A stretch of 63,679 nucleotides of DNA, the filler included, from Choristocarpus tenellus KU-1152 (Eukaryota; Protista; Phaeophyceae), in NCBI GenBank assembly GCA_964200185.2. It is 13 parts of 13 records of this genome, joined end to end, with 100 filler letters (N's around TTAATTAATTAA, not from the genome) between each part and the next. Parts side by side here need not be neighbours in the genome. Positions count along the whole stretch, not along the records: positions 51,581 to 56,621 come from CAXNAD020012072.1; positions 56,722 to 60,899 come from CAXNAD020015833.1; positions 61,000 to 63,679 come from CAXNAD020025704.1; 10 more parts are not named here. One strand, written 5' to 3'. A model generated the notes under the pieces. The model was not told the DNA's origin and did not search any database. It saw nothing but the letters and a program-made list of their open reading frames with translations. Positions 51,481-62,922 of the stretch are shown here, in pieces. Within the stretch, counting starts at the first letter, position 1. The number at the start of each line of letters is the position of its first letter. Made by a program: the position numbers and the translations under genes.

Positions 51481-53084
51481 NNNNNNNNNNNNNNNNNNNN
51501 NNNNNNNNNNNNNNNNNNNNNNNNTTAATTAATTAANNNNNNNNNNNNNNNNNNNNNNNNNNNNNNNNNNNNNNNNNNNNCCCCAGATACTTTGATTCAA
51601 ATAGCCTCAATCTCACCTCCTCTTCTTCCCTGGCGTCCTCGTCGATGGCTACCTCCACCTGCTGCGCGACCTCTTCGAAGTAAAGGATTTGGTGGTATCG
51701 AAAAGTCTCCACAGCTGCCTTTGTTGCCATCGCTTTCTCCTCCGCCTTGCGAGCCCTTTCAACGTTCTTTCGGGCTTCAGAGCCCTTGTAGCCCAATCCT
51801 AGCACCTTCTTCCTCGTTTCCTTGAGCCACTCTGGCTCGTGCATAGCTTCCAAACAGTCAGGGCCTACGGCAACTGTCGACTACTAAGATATTCTACACC
51901 CAGGTTTTCACTTAGCCATTTCCTGAGCGCAATGGCACGCAGTCGCACTGCTCTTTTCCCCAACCTTCCCTTCGACCGGTCACTCTGGTTCTCCCTTTGC
52001 CCACCTCGACCAGGCTTCCCCACAGACTTCGTCACTGTACCTAATGGTGATGGACTCGCCGCTCTCTTCCGGCTTTACCAAGGTGGCAGAGACTGCAGAG
52101 CAGTTCTCCGACATTGTCGAAGATCGAACTACGTTTGTGTGGTAATGCTTTCAATGCATCTTCTCTCGGTGTCAGCGTCACGGCCCCATGATCCATTCCT
52201 CGATTTGATTATGCTGCTGCACCACAGTACTCGCACTTTCTCGTCACCTAACATCGCACTGAGTGTCGCACGGTACTTGCTTTTCTGTCGCCTCTCAATA
52301 GGGAAGGTGCCGCGGGTAGATCCAGGGGGCAGAGTGGCCTCTGCGGCTCTCCTTGTCTCACCATCGTGGTTCATGTTGCTGTGTAAGTCACTTGTGTGTG
52401 TGCTCACAGAAAGTCTGCAAAAGGCGTTAAAATATGTCTCGATAAGAAAATGTCTGGAAATCATGGGGGTTTTGTCTCTGCTTTTGTTTTCAGTACAGCC
52501 CAACCAGGGAAACTTGGGCAGCGACCTACCCCAGACTAGGTTTCTACAAGGAGTTCAGCCAATCACTTCATTTTTGTCCGTTTTGAAGTCGTGACCTTCA
52601 AAATTGCGGAGATATTCCTCTGCGTTTTTTTCTATTATTTGATCGGGACATAGCTCCCATTCCCCGAAGCCTGTGCATTCGTGGATACAAATCTTCAAAC
52701 GCTCTTGTCATACCCTTTCATTTGAGATATATATATATATATATATATTGTTGTATATCGGTTGAGGCTACACGGGGAAAGCAACCAGAAAAGCCACAGA
52801 GGGCGAAGCTGCTGGTACCGTTTTAGTGGAGGAACTCGGGAAGTATCCCAAACAATCTCCCTCAATTTGTTCTTATTTTACTCGATGACTACAAATGTGT
52901 ACACTCCCATTTCCGATTTGAGTGAATATTCGATAATATCAATTAATTTATATGATTTATCGCATCATTGGACAGGCTTTTCCACGACACATGAATCAAG
53001 AACTTTACCCCCCCAAAAGCATACAACTTAACAATAGTCGTAAAAGTTTGTCTCAATCACCCATCCTAGGCCACGCAATTGAGG

Positions 53085-54334
53085 ATGAAATACATTCGCT
53101 CTTGCTTTATCCTATTGTTTTTCTGCGCGAGCGCAGTTAGGGCGTTTGTGGGAACTGGGTTAGTGCAGATAACCCGTCCGAAGATGCAGACCGCCAAACT
53201 TGGATACAGGAAAAACACCTGCGGTATTTGTACAACCCCGTTTATGACCTACGTGGACGAAAATGAGGGCAATGAGAGCCAAGAATCATCCCCAAATTCT
53301 TTATCATCCCCCACTTCTCGAGCCTCCTTCCTGAAGCAAGGCAAGTTTAGTAGGAGTATCTCGTGTTAGGTGTGCACAGTGACACATGTCATTGAGGATG
53401 CGTTCCCATATCCTTGTAGGAGATTGATTGAGGGTGTATAAGAAAGAACATCCTATCAAGGTTATTAACGTTCTTATGAACCTCGAATCCCCCTTGTCCT
53501 TGCGCTAAATATGGATGATACAGGGATCCTCGGTGTGGTTGGGATGACAGGGTTATCGAGCGTTCCACCCACGGCTTCTGCTGGTGGGGGTGAGAAGGTA
53601 TGGGCGAGGTCACTTTCTTCCTTGACGGACTTGAAAATACTCTCAACAAACTTTATAATTGATATGTTAACGTACTAGAGGGTAGCAGCAATTATTTGAG
53701 GAAGTGGAGACCACTATTGGTTTCACTTGCTTGAAGCAAAGTTGAGCATGTACCGAACACCTAATTGGGCGTATTCTCTGGAGTGCGGCTCTCTTCTTGC
53801 CCCTAAGTATCAGGGTATAGTAGCCTTTTCGCTGATGAAAAACTACTGTACTCACCTTCCTCACCTCCCCAAACTATTTTGCAGTTTTTGATGGAGGACA
53901 TATCTCGGCGTAACCTCGTCGGTCAGACTCAGTACATAACATGGGCCAACCTTGTGCCAGTGATCTTGAAGATGAAAGCGGACACCAAGGCCCGTTTTGC
54001 AAAGACGGGAGCAAAAGTTGGGAAGGAGGTGGCAATCTATGGAATGCCTGATTCGTCAGGAATGCCTGTCACTGTTGGGATAGAGGTGGAGGATAGCTCA
54101 AATAGTCCAGCGATTGGTGAGGGTTTCACGCTGCAGGAGTTGGCACCCCCTGGCCCATACATGCGAAGGACCAGTGTGAAGGGAGCGCCGTCAACCCTCG
54201 ACTGGATTGGTTTTGTCAACCAGGCAAACTCTTCGGGGGAAAAGATCAGGGACCCCCTCATAATGTTTGAGGTGTACGACAAACCTGAAGATGGCGGAAA
54301 CGTGAATTATTACCTTGGTGTTGCCCCGCCTTGA
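53085..54334 (+). CDS. Predicted plastid (possibly thylakoid-lumen) protein with a GyrI-like small-molecule-binding domain
   Basis: Exons 53085-53340 (GC donor), 53524-53597, 53885-54334. Signal peptide ending AVRA|F, a transit-like stretch, then SRASFL plus a hydrophobic segment ending ASA. The mature part has a GyrI-like pattern (AIYG...VTVGIEV...FEVY). Confidence 0.7.
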
Positions 54335-57060
54335 AAAGCTGACACCGGACAAGGTGATGAGTAGGATGTCACATGGGAAAAACAGTAGCTAGGCTTACCC
54401 TTTTGTGATTGTATTTCATGCAGTGTATATGCAGCTGGTTGCGAGAGCCGAGCCGAAGATGATAGAAAGTAGTTGTTTCTTTTGTCTCATTGCTGATGAT
54501 AGCCTTGTCTTGAGGCAGTGGTATATTTGTGCAACTGAGATGGCAACGTTTCCACGCTGTTGGAAGGTGTAAGGATCGAGTTGAGTACAATATGGAACAT
54601 CTCTTTTGTAGATTGAGGTGTCGCCACCTCGTTGGGCAATACGGAAACTTGTGTTTGGAGGGCTCTGTGAACGTCATTACTTCGCTGGATGGTCAAGAAG
54701 CTGAGTATTTGAAGTCAACCAGTTGTGCCTTGTCACGTATTTCTGGTCTACTGTAAGCCGTAGTGGCTCTGGTGTGGTTTTCTAGTTTGTGAGTGGTTTG
54801 TTACATATAGAATAATTGATTTTATACAAATCAGTAGAAGATCCTGACCTAGCATTAGGCTAGAATCTTCAACATGTACCATTGCAGTTTCCTTTTACCC
54901 AGCAGGAAAATCGTGAGTCAATTCTAAACAAAAATCTTGATACGAGTGTTGCATGTTCACATTGCACTCTCTGTTTCTTGGTTTAAAAGGGCTGGGTACT
55001 ACTTCACTGATGAAAGAGGAAGAAATGTGCTTCTAGAAGAAGAAGCCCTCGACGTTGCAGGTTATTTGGATTCCAGTGGAAATGTTGGGGATATAACCGC
55101 AAGAGCACAGGATGAAAGAGGGGGATTTGCTTGAAGCTGACCATTCTGCTCCCTACATTCATATCGTGGATGCAGTGCTGAAATGAGATTTAGCTATAGA
55201 TTTTGCAACTTGAGCCTTTCTGAAAGTCAGAATGTTTTTGTGCATAGGTCCTGATATTACTTTCAGGTACAAACTTTTCCAAGATTGCTGACCTGTCCGC
55301 TGCATCCATGACAAATCATGCAGCTGTGCCACCACGTCGGACAGGCTCTGTGACTTGCTGCAAAGAATGTTTGGATTATGTAGGCAACGTACAACTGGTT
55401 GTGTACTGCCATTATGTATCATACTTTAGCATTTGTCCCACTCATCTCCACGTGTGGAATCTTGAGATATCAACGCTGTAATGCGGAACCGCAGAGAACA
55501 GGTTGGAATCCTGTTAGTCCTGTTCTTCTGTATGTAGTCCCAGATGTTGGGACTCTCTTATCTGGGTGGTACTATGGCCCACATGTTGATACTGGTCTTC
55601 TCATTTACGTGTAAGCTCTGTAAATTAGTCTACCCTACCCTTGGCACTCACAATAATACACCTCATAATGAATACCCACGGAACTCCTTCTGACTTCTCC
55701 TTACCAGCACCTCTCTTTCTCTACACCCATTCTGGAAACACTCCACACAAGAAAGTGTGTGAGAGGATCTGGCAGGTTCCAGGCAATATACTTAATTGCT
55801 TTCTGGACTACTGCTGCTGTGGTACTACTGCAGTCTGCTAGCGTAAAAAAAAAAGACATAACGTAAATACGATTTTTCCATTGCTGTGACTTTTCTGCAC
55901 CTGTCAACCCCCTAAGTAGCAACAATATAGTGGTGGAGGCACTGAGTAGTGATTCAACAGAATACCTTCAAAATGGGAGCGGGGATATAATGATATTTAT
56001 GAAGGATACAATCGCTTTCACTTCTCTGTTTCACCCACAACAAGTCAAAGCAATCGAGATAGAGCTTTTGGTTGTTTTGCATTTTAAGCCAGTTTTTCAT
56101 CTTTAGCAACTCACCTCCATATTTCTATTAGGTGAAGTGCTAAGTTTAACTTGAGAGTGTTGATTTCTCTATTGTTTAAGAGTTTGGACAGAATTCAGAA
56201 AATAACCCACACGAATTTGTAAGAAATGTCGAATTTTGCAAATTTTTTTCGGCATATTTAAAATGCGACTGGGTACTTCTAATTTATTTCGACTCTATGT
56301 AGTCAACCATATAGAGCAAAGTATCATTGTTACTATTTCCTTCACACTTTTGAGGTCTGGGGATTATCCCAACCCATAGTCAAAGGCACTATGTATACAC
56401 ACACTACACTGTTACAGGCGAATAGCGCGAGCGTTTCTTCTCATGATTTAACAAAAACGAACAACATTTGTGACAGACGTATAATGCGAGGATTACTCCT
56501 CGCGTTCTAACAAGTGCGAACAATATACGGTATAGTAACACATAGAACAGCCTCTCAACAAAATTGAGGATGAAGCATACCATGGAGGATGGGTTTAACC
56601 CAAAATTGTCCTGGTAAAAGTNNNNNNNNNNNNNNNNNNNNNNNNNNNNNNNNNNNNNNNNNNNNTTAATTAATTAANNNNNNNNNNNNNNNNNNNNNNN
56701 NNNNNNNNNNNNNNNNNNNNNAAGGAACCGGGGGGGGGGTCTAGACCAGGGTGTCCATTCAGGCCGTGACCAGGAAACGTTCACCTGCATTATCCACCTG
56801 ACACATGCTACCAAATCACTCAAAAAATGCGACGTGGAAAAATGGGCCCCAAATGGACAGTTTCTACCCCCCCCCCAGATAATTTGAGACAGAAGTGCTA
56901 GTACGTCTTTGTTAGAATCTTGTGCTGGTAGGCTTACAATGTAAGAATAGCTTTTTGTATGGATAGAAGGATAGGAAGATCATTTATAAGAAGTTGCACC
57001 AATATTCAGGTGTTTCGAGTGCATACTTACGTCAGGCTACCATGAACTTCGTAGCTGCTG

Positions 57061-57097
<37 letters not shown>

Positions 57098-57281
57098 CAA
57101 TTGCTCTCCTTAATTGAAGAAGTACAACTAGCGGCTACTGTCGTCTTGGCATACACCCTCTTCTAACAAGTTGCGACATGTAACCTCATGATGTTATGGA
57201 GTAGCTGTATGTCTACGGTTCCTCATGTCATGGCAAAGAATAGGACATCTTGAGTCTCTTTGATACTCGGAAGGACAATGC

Positions 57282-57549
57282 GAGTGAAAGTATCTTAGAG
57301 GTTACAAGTTTTGCCCTGTTTGTCCGTTTGGGGCTTGGCTTCCCAAGTTTTATTAATGACATTTTCCCATTCCGAAATGTTTCGGAACAGGTAAAATATG
57401 TACGTTTTGGAATAGGTATCATGTATATGTCTGGAACAAGGATATTGGCACTTCCTAACAAATATGATAGTCAAAATTACATCAAAATGGCAACATTGGA
57501 TTTTGGTCCCCAAATGGACGCAGCTCTACCCTCTAAGATAGGTTGGCTC
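57282..57549. mobile_element. MITE family 1, complete copy, TSD ATGC
   Basis: atgc|GAGTGAAAGTATCTTAGAGG...ACCCTCTAAGATAGGTTGGCTC|atgc. Confidence 0.92.
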
Positions 57550-57775
57550 ATGCAACACCTTACTTGGACACTCAGAGCATCGCGGCAAATGCTTACTCGT
57601 AGATACAGAGCGTCACTCACATTACTCTAGCGTTAATTTTAAGGTATACTTTCGTGAGACTGGACGAAGTGAGGAGAAGTCTATTACCACATAAGAACTA
57701 TTGTTGTGCTCTCTAGTGTATCACTATACCGTGCTCTCATATATTGCGCGTCTGAATTGAGACTTGATAAGTCAC

Positions 57776-58222
57776 CTGTTTCCACGTCTGTATACCCTGC
57801 TGGAGCACCGATTGAGAGTAGTGATAGTGCCTTTGCGGGGTCATCTTCCTTGCAAGCAACGAGAAGTTGTGGGGCCAAAGCATTCGGATGTGTTGACCCT
57901 TCTTGGTTATGGCCTCCCTCTACTCTGTTCAGGTCGTGTTCTTCATTCGATTGATCCACCTCCTGCGAACGAGTTGCCGAGAATGATAAGGTCGGTTGGC
58001 ACAAGGTATCTACCTGGCCCATCTGTAATGATGTCCTACCTCTGTTGCTGTTTTGCCCAACAAGAGTGCCAAAACCAGGGAAATCCTCAAGACAAAAACC
58101 TTCCTCCTTTTATTCCTGGAGAGTGCCGAAAATATGAGCAGCCCAATTATTGCCCACTCAAGTCACCCCAACATACCGCTTACCTCTTCACCTAGGATCC
58201 CTGCTAATGGATCGTCCGACAT
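57776..58222 (-). CDS. 5' part of an ankyrin-repeat-like protein
   Basis: Exons 58184-58222 and 57776-58106 join in frame; QLLVACKEDDPAKALSLLSIGAPAGYTDVETG resembles an ankyrin repeat. Confidence 0.55.
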
Positions 58223-58404
58223 TGTTTCCCGTTTGCAGGGATATATACGCTTACAATCCATGTTCGGTTCGTCTGGTACAATAAGGAAAAAAACGCATGT
58301 AACGCCAAACAAACAACTTCGGTGGTGACGGTTCAGATTTTGGAGGGACAAAGACATTTCCGTACGCAGTTGTAGTTAAGTAGGGCTCACACACGACTAC
58401 GACC

Positions 58405-59840
58405 ATGACCCAGGTTAAACCACAACAGGAGTCAGTAAGGAAGGTGTGTAAGCCGAAATTTCTAGAATTTTTCGATGTGACAGTCGCCACCCCCCCCAGA
58501 TACTTTGATTCAAAGCTATCCCTCCTTATCTCCGACGTGATCTGCCCGCTAAGGCCGCGCCTGTTAAGTCCTCGGAGAAGGTGTCCATCGAGACTTCCGG
58601 TACAAGAGTACAGTACGTGCACCGGAAAATGCTCAACCGGCAGGATACGGGAGGAGTCCAGATTCTCCATGACATCCCAAAGAGTCAGTTCACGCGAGGG
58701 TGCTGTAATAAAATGTGTGACTGCTGGAAATGCTGCCGTTGCACCTGTTGTAAGATGTGCTGGGGCTGTCTCACCGATTGTTCATGCAAGGTTCGTCGAA
58801 GTGCATGTGTCCTTTTTTATACAATATCATGGACTCCCTCTTTTTGAACCACTAATGATTACCCTGTCCTCGCCGGATTAATCACTTTGGCAGTGCGGGA
58901 TTGATGAACAACTAGAGGAGAGCACGTACACATGGGTGATGGAGAACCGAATGGAGTTCAATAGACCAAGCGCAGTCCTCAAGCCTGAGATATGTGCCCT
59001 ATGCTGCTGCCACTGGGAAATTCGCGACAGGGCTCGAGTACAGTACTTTGACAGTAGCATGTGAGGAAATTTTGTTCAAATATTATTGGAGGGGGATGCA
59101 TTCTGTGTTGAGGTTTGGTCCGAATCGTGTTTAGTGCGTTGACAGCGGGATATTGGGGGTCTACAATGGAGTATATTATTAGGGGATTTATGCTTGGTCG
59201 AGATTTGAGGACTGTTTTAATCTGAGCAGCAAATCCTTTTTCTACGGATTATTTCCATACACACATAGATTTTAATCCCAAGTCTACATGTTGAGTTCCT
59301 TGCATTTGCTCTCTTCAACTTATTGCGTGCCACAAGCATTGATGAAGTACATACTTATCACTGATCCATCTTTTCCCACACATTGTGTAAGCAAGAAATA
59401 TGTACTCACTACATGTCTTCCCTGTATACTGGAGAATCAATGGAACTCTTACATCGATGTTTGTCACCCATATGCAGATTTCCCCCCATATTTAATAAAA
59501 TGCAATAGATTCCTCACAATATCACCCATATTCCTTGAAGTGGCCCTAGGCTCTACATGCTTTCGCTTTGACTCTGCTCTCCCTCTCCATTTGCTGCTGT
59601 GGTCTGGAAAGTTATGACTCTGTTCAATCTGCCAACCCGGCATGCTATAATCTCAAGACCAAGTGCTGTGGATCAAAAGGGGACAAGATCATCTTCAAGC
59701 GACCTGCCTGTGGTTGCCCATCAACCAAGTACTGCGGAGTGGTGGAGGAATCAATGTATGTCACTAAAGGCGAGGGTGAAAAGACCATCAAGATCATCAT
59801 GGATGCTCGTGACAATGCCCGTGCCCGAATGAAAGCATGA
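58405..59840 (+). CDS. Cysteine-rich unknown protein
   Basis: Exons 58405-58434, 58554-58790, 58894-59060, 59612-59840 join in frame from ATG to TGA; contains GCCNKMCDCWKCCRCTCCKMCWGCLTDCSCKC. Confidence 0.75.
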
Positions 59841-61055
59841 AGTGAATAGCTACTGCGCCAGCAAAAAAAATGTCTTCTGAACAGTAGTACTAGGCTAGCC
59901 CATGGCCAATGGAAGGGACAATGTGAGGACCATGTTGGCAATTATCCAGAGAACGTGACTATATTACAGTCTCTAGAAACGTGGTGTGTATACACCACCA
60001 GATTTGCATTAAAAGTTGTATATTGGATAAAGGAAAGCTAGGAGTCCGGTGTTCATTGCCTAGGGGTACAATTAGACTTGTAAGTGTTTTTCACATCACA
60101 CAGAAGAACAGGATGATACTGGAGGATAAATTAGAAAAATTTCCAACTTTTTCATTGGGTATGGAGGGTGGGTATGAAAAGGTTCATATCCAGATAATAT
60201 TGATATACTGTAGATAAGGAGAAACATACCACTACTTTTATTACCAAGACCGCCCAACAGCAGTTACAAAGCTGCTACTGCATGTTGTTGGGACTAGCTA
60301 TCTCAGTGGTATTACAAGTTGAACATTGTTGCCAATCATCAGCGAGGAACATACACATATACACACATTCTCCTTTGTGATGACACAAAATATGACAAGG
60401 AATCACACTGCAGATTCCTATGCACGACAAAAAAGCTGACTCAATGCTAGTTCACTATACTTCTGAAATGACACAAGGTAGAGCTCAAAGGGCACTTTGC
60501 CACATATGTCAATCTAATCACTATGTCCCATTACGCCTTCAACATTGACTACTCCAACGTAGAATTCTCTGTCAAGGATGAGACAGAGCCCTAAGAAGAT
60601 AGAAGGTACCCCAAAAGGTGAACAACAATTGTGTTATGACCCTTCCATTGCCCTGAACACCTGTGGTAAGATTGGCAAACATCAACAGACATATGGGCGC
60701 AATAGGGGGAACTCTTTGGATAGAGAGTTGATATGTTTTGGATTGATGTACAGAAATGAGTTTTGAATAATTTGTTTCAAGGGCACAAAAAGGCAGCTAT
60801 TTTGGCGAGTGTGTATGTAGTAGAGGGAAAGAAGAAAGAGCGAAAGTATCTTAGAGGGTACGAGTTTTGCCCTGTTTGTCCATTTGGGGCTTGGCTTCCN
60901 NNNNNNNNNNNNNNNNNNNNNNNNNNNNNNNNNNNNNNNNNNNTTAATTAATTAANNNNNNNNNNNNNNNNNNNNNNNNNNNNNNNNNNNNNNNNNNNNC
61001 CCCCCCCCCCCCTCCCCCCAACAAAAAACACCACCCCACCCCCCCCCCCCCCCCA

Positions 61056-61086
<31 letters not shown>

Positions 61087-61226
61087 TTCACAACACATCA
61101 GGTACCAATCCATACTCACATACTAACAAAACAACAACAAAAAATCCCCCCCCCAGCCCCCCACACTCCAACAGCCAATCCAAAGTCAAAAATTCACATA
61201 ATAACAACAATTAAATTAATTCACAC

Positions 61227-61364
61227 CTGGGGAACAGCGAAGTCCACACTGCCCCTACACAACTCCGGCCTCATTCCTCTGTCGCGCCTAAGGCCGGCCC
61301 CGTCTAACTGAGAGTAGTAATGTACGGGCACGTAGTTCTCTTGCCCGCAGAAGTTGCAGATCCA
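61227..61364 (-). CDS. SEC24: Internal exon of COPII subunit Sec24 (zinc finger)
   Basis: WICNFCGQENYVPVHYYSQLDGAGLRRDRGMRPELCRGSVDFAVP. Confidence 0.9.
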
Positions 61365-61501
61365 CTTTTGTTTTAACAAAAAATAAACAAATAAATGAAA
61401 CAACAACAATAATAATAGTAAGAAGAAGAACAACAAAAAACGAGACGGACGGTCAGGGTTCACAAAATACAACAGCCAAAGAAAATTAAAAAAAGACAAT
61501 T

Positions 61502-61832
61502 AAAAAGAGCCGGTGTATGGAGACGATGGATACGCAAGCGAGGAAAAAAATTAAAGAGGGGAAATAAAAGAGTCGGTGCATAGAGACAATAGATACACAA
61601 AAAGGGGGACAAAAAAAGAGCCGGTGTATAGAGATGATGGATACACAAGCAAGGGAAAAAAATAAAGAGGGGAAATAAAAGAGCCAGTGGATAGAGACAA
61701 TATCTACAAAAAAAGGGAGACACAAAAAGACAGTAAAAAGAGCCGGTGTATAGGCATGATACATACACAAGCAAGGAAAAAAAAGAAAGACGGGAAATAA
61801 AAGAGCCGGTGCATAGAGACGATAGATACACA
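61502..61832. repeat. Six copies of an approximately 30-bp core with alternating A-rich linkers
   Basis: AAAAGAGCCGGTGYATAGAGACGATRGATAC at about 61502, 61566, 61614, 61677, 61736, 61799. Confidence 0.85.
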
Positions 61833-62719
61833 GTAAGTCAGTAAGACAGGCGAGGTATCCGTCCCATTGGTTCAAAACAAACGCGGTAACGTAGTAGGCC
61901 CTTTCGATTAGCTTAAAAAAAAAAAAGTGTATGTGTTCCATGTTTTATAATCGTCTCATACCCCCCCCAATCCACAAACCTTACCCACTCTGTTTAAACT
62001 TTTAAAAATCCTAGGTAAGACGGAGGTTGGGTTTCACTTTTATCACCGGCTCTATTGTACAAAAGCGCGTGCGCGCACATCACATCCGATTGGACGATTG
62101 GAGATTGCATACGATAACGCCAGACACAGAAAAAAAGAAAAGATAAGAAAATGCCTGACCAACGTTGAAGTATGGTCCGACTAGGGTAAGAGGATCAAGG
62201 GGATTTTATTATTGTGAGGAAAGGGAGGGAGGGACAGAGATGGGTGGGGGGGCGGGGGGGCAGGTTGTACAATGACATAATTTTTTTGTTTTGAAATAAA
62301 AATGTATGTATATTAATATATACTACTGCTACTGCTACTACTACTACTACTGTGGAGAAAAAGTGATATCATTATTATTCTATTATTATTATTATTGTGA
62401 CGGACAGCTCCCTTCGGGAGCTGATCTTAGGACCAAATACACATCCGCGAGCACACACAAAGGTATTGCGCACACATTTCATTGTCATTGGTGACGTTAC
62501 CAACAATATCAAACACAGAAAGGTTGAGGACCCCTCAAACCACTTTCGGTTGAACATTCACAAAGATGTGATATCATCCACCGGATCTGAGGTCCCATCA
62601 AAACTTTCCCTAAGATTTGATAGATGAGAAAACTCGAGGTAGGACCCACCCCACCACCATGATGACACAACTGGTGATTCTAAACACCCCCCACGACTGA
62701 TTGGACCCCCTGCCTAATA

Positions 62720-62922
62720 CATTATTGTCATTATCATTATTACTGCTATTATTATTATCGTTACTATCATTATTACTACTATTATTATTATCGTTACTAC
62801 CATTATTACTACTATTATTATTATTATCATTATTACTACTATTATTATCGTTACTATCATTATTACTACTATTATTATTATTATCATTATTACTACTACT
62901 ATTATTTTTTTTATTATCATCA
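62720..62922. repeat. Compound (ATT/ACT/ATC)n trinucleotide repeat
   Basis: Seen directly; it generates the spurious poly-Leu and poly-Ile ORFs. Confidence 0.9.

Noticed and set aside
57250-57630. Recurring peptide RILxLPNK...NYIKxATLDF (also at 45342, 45711) as a gene family
   Set aside because: It is a chance translation of MITE family 1; the frames differ and break between copies.
61502-61832. CRISPR array
   Set aside because: The linkers are related to each other and low-complexity.
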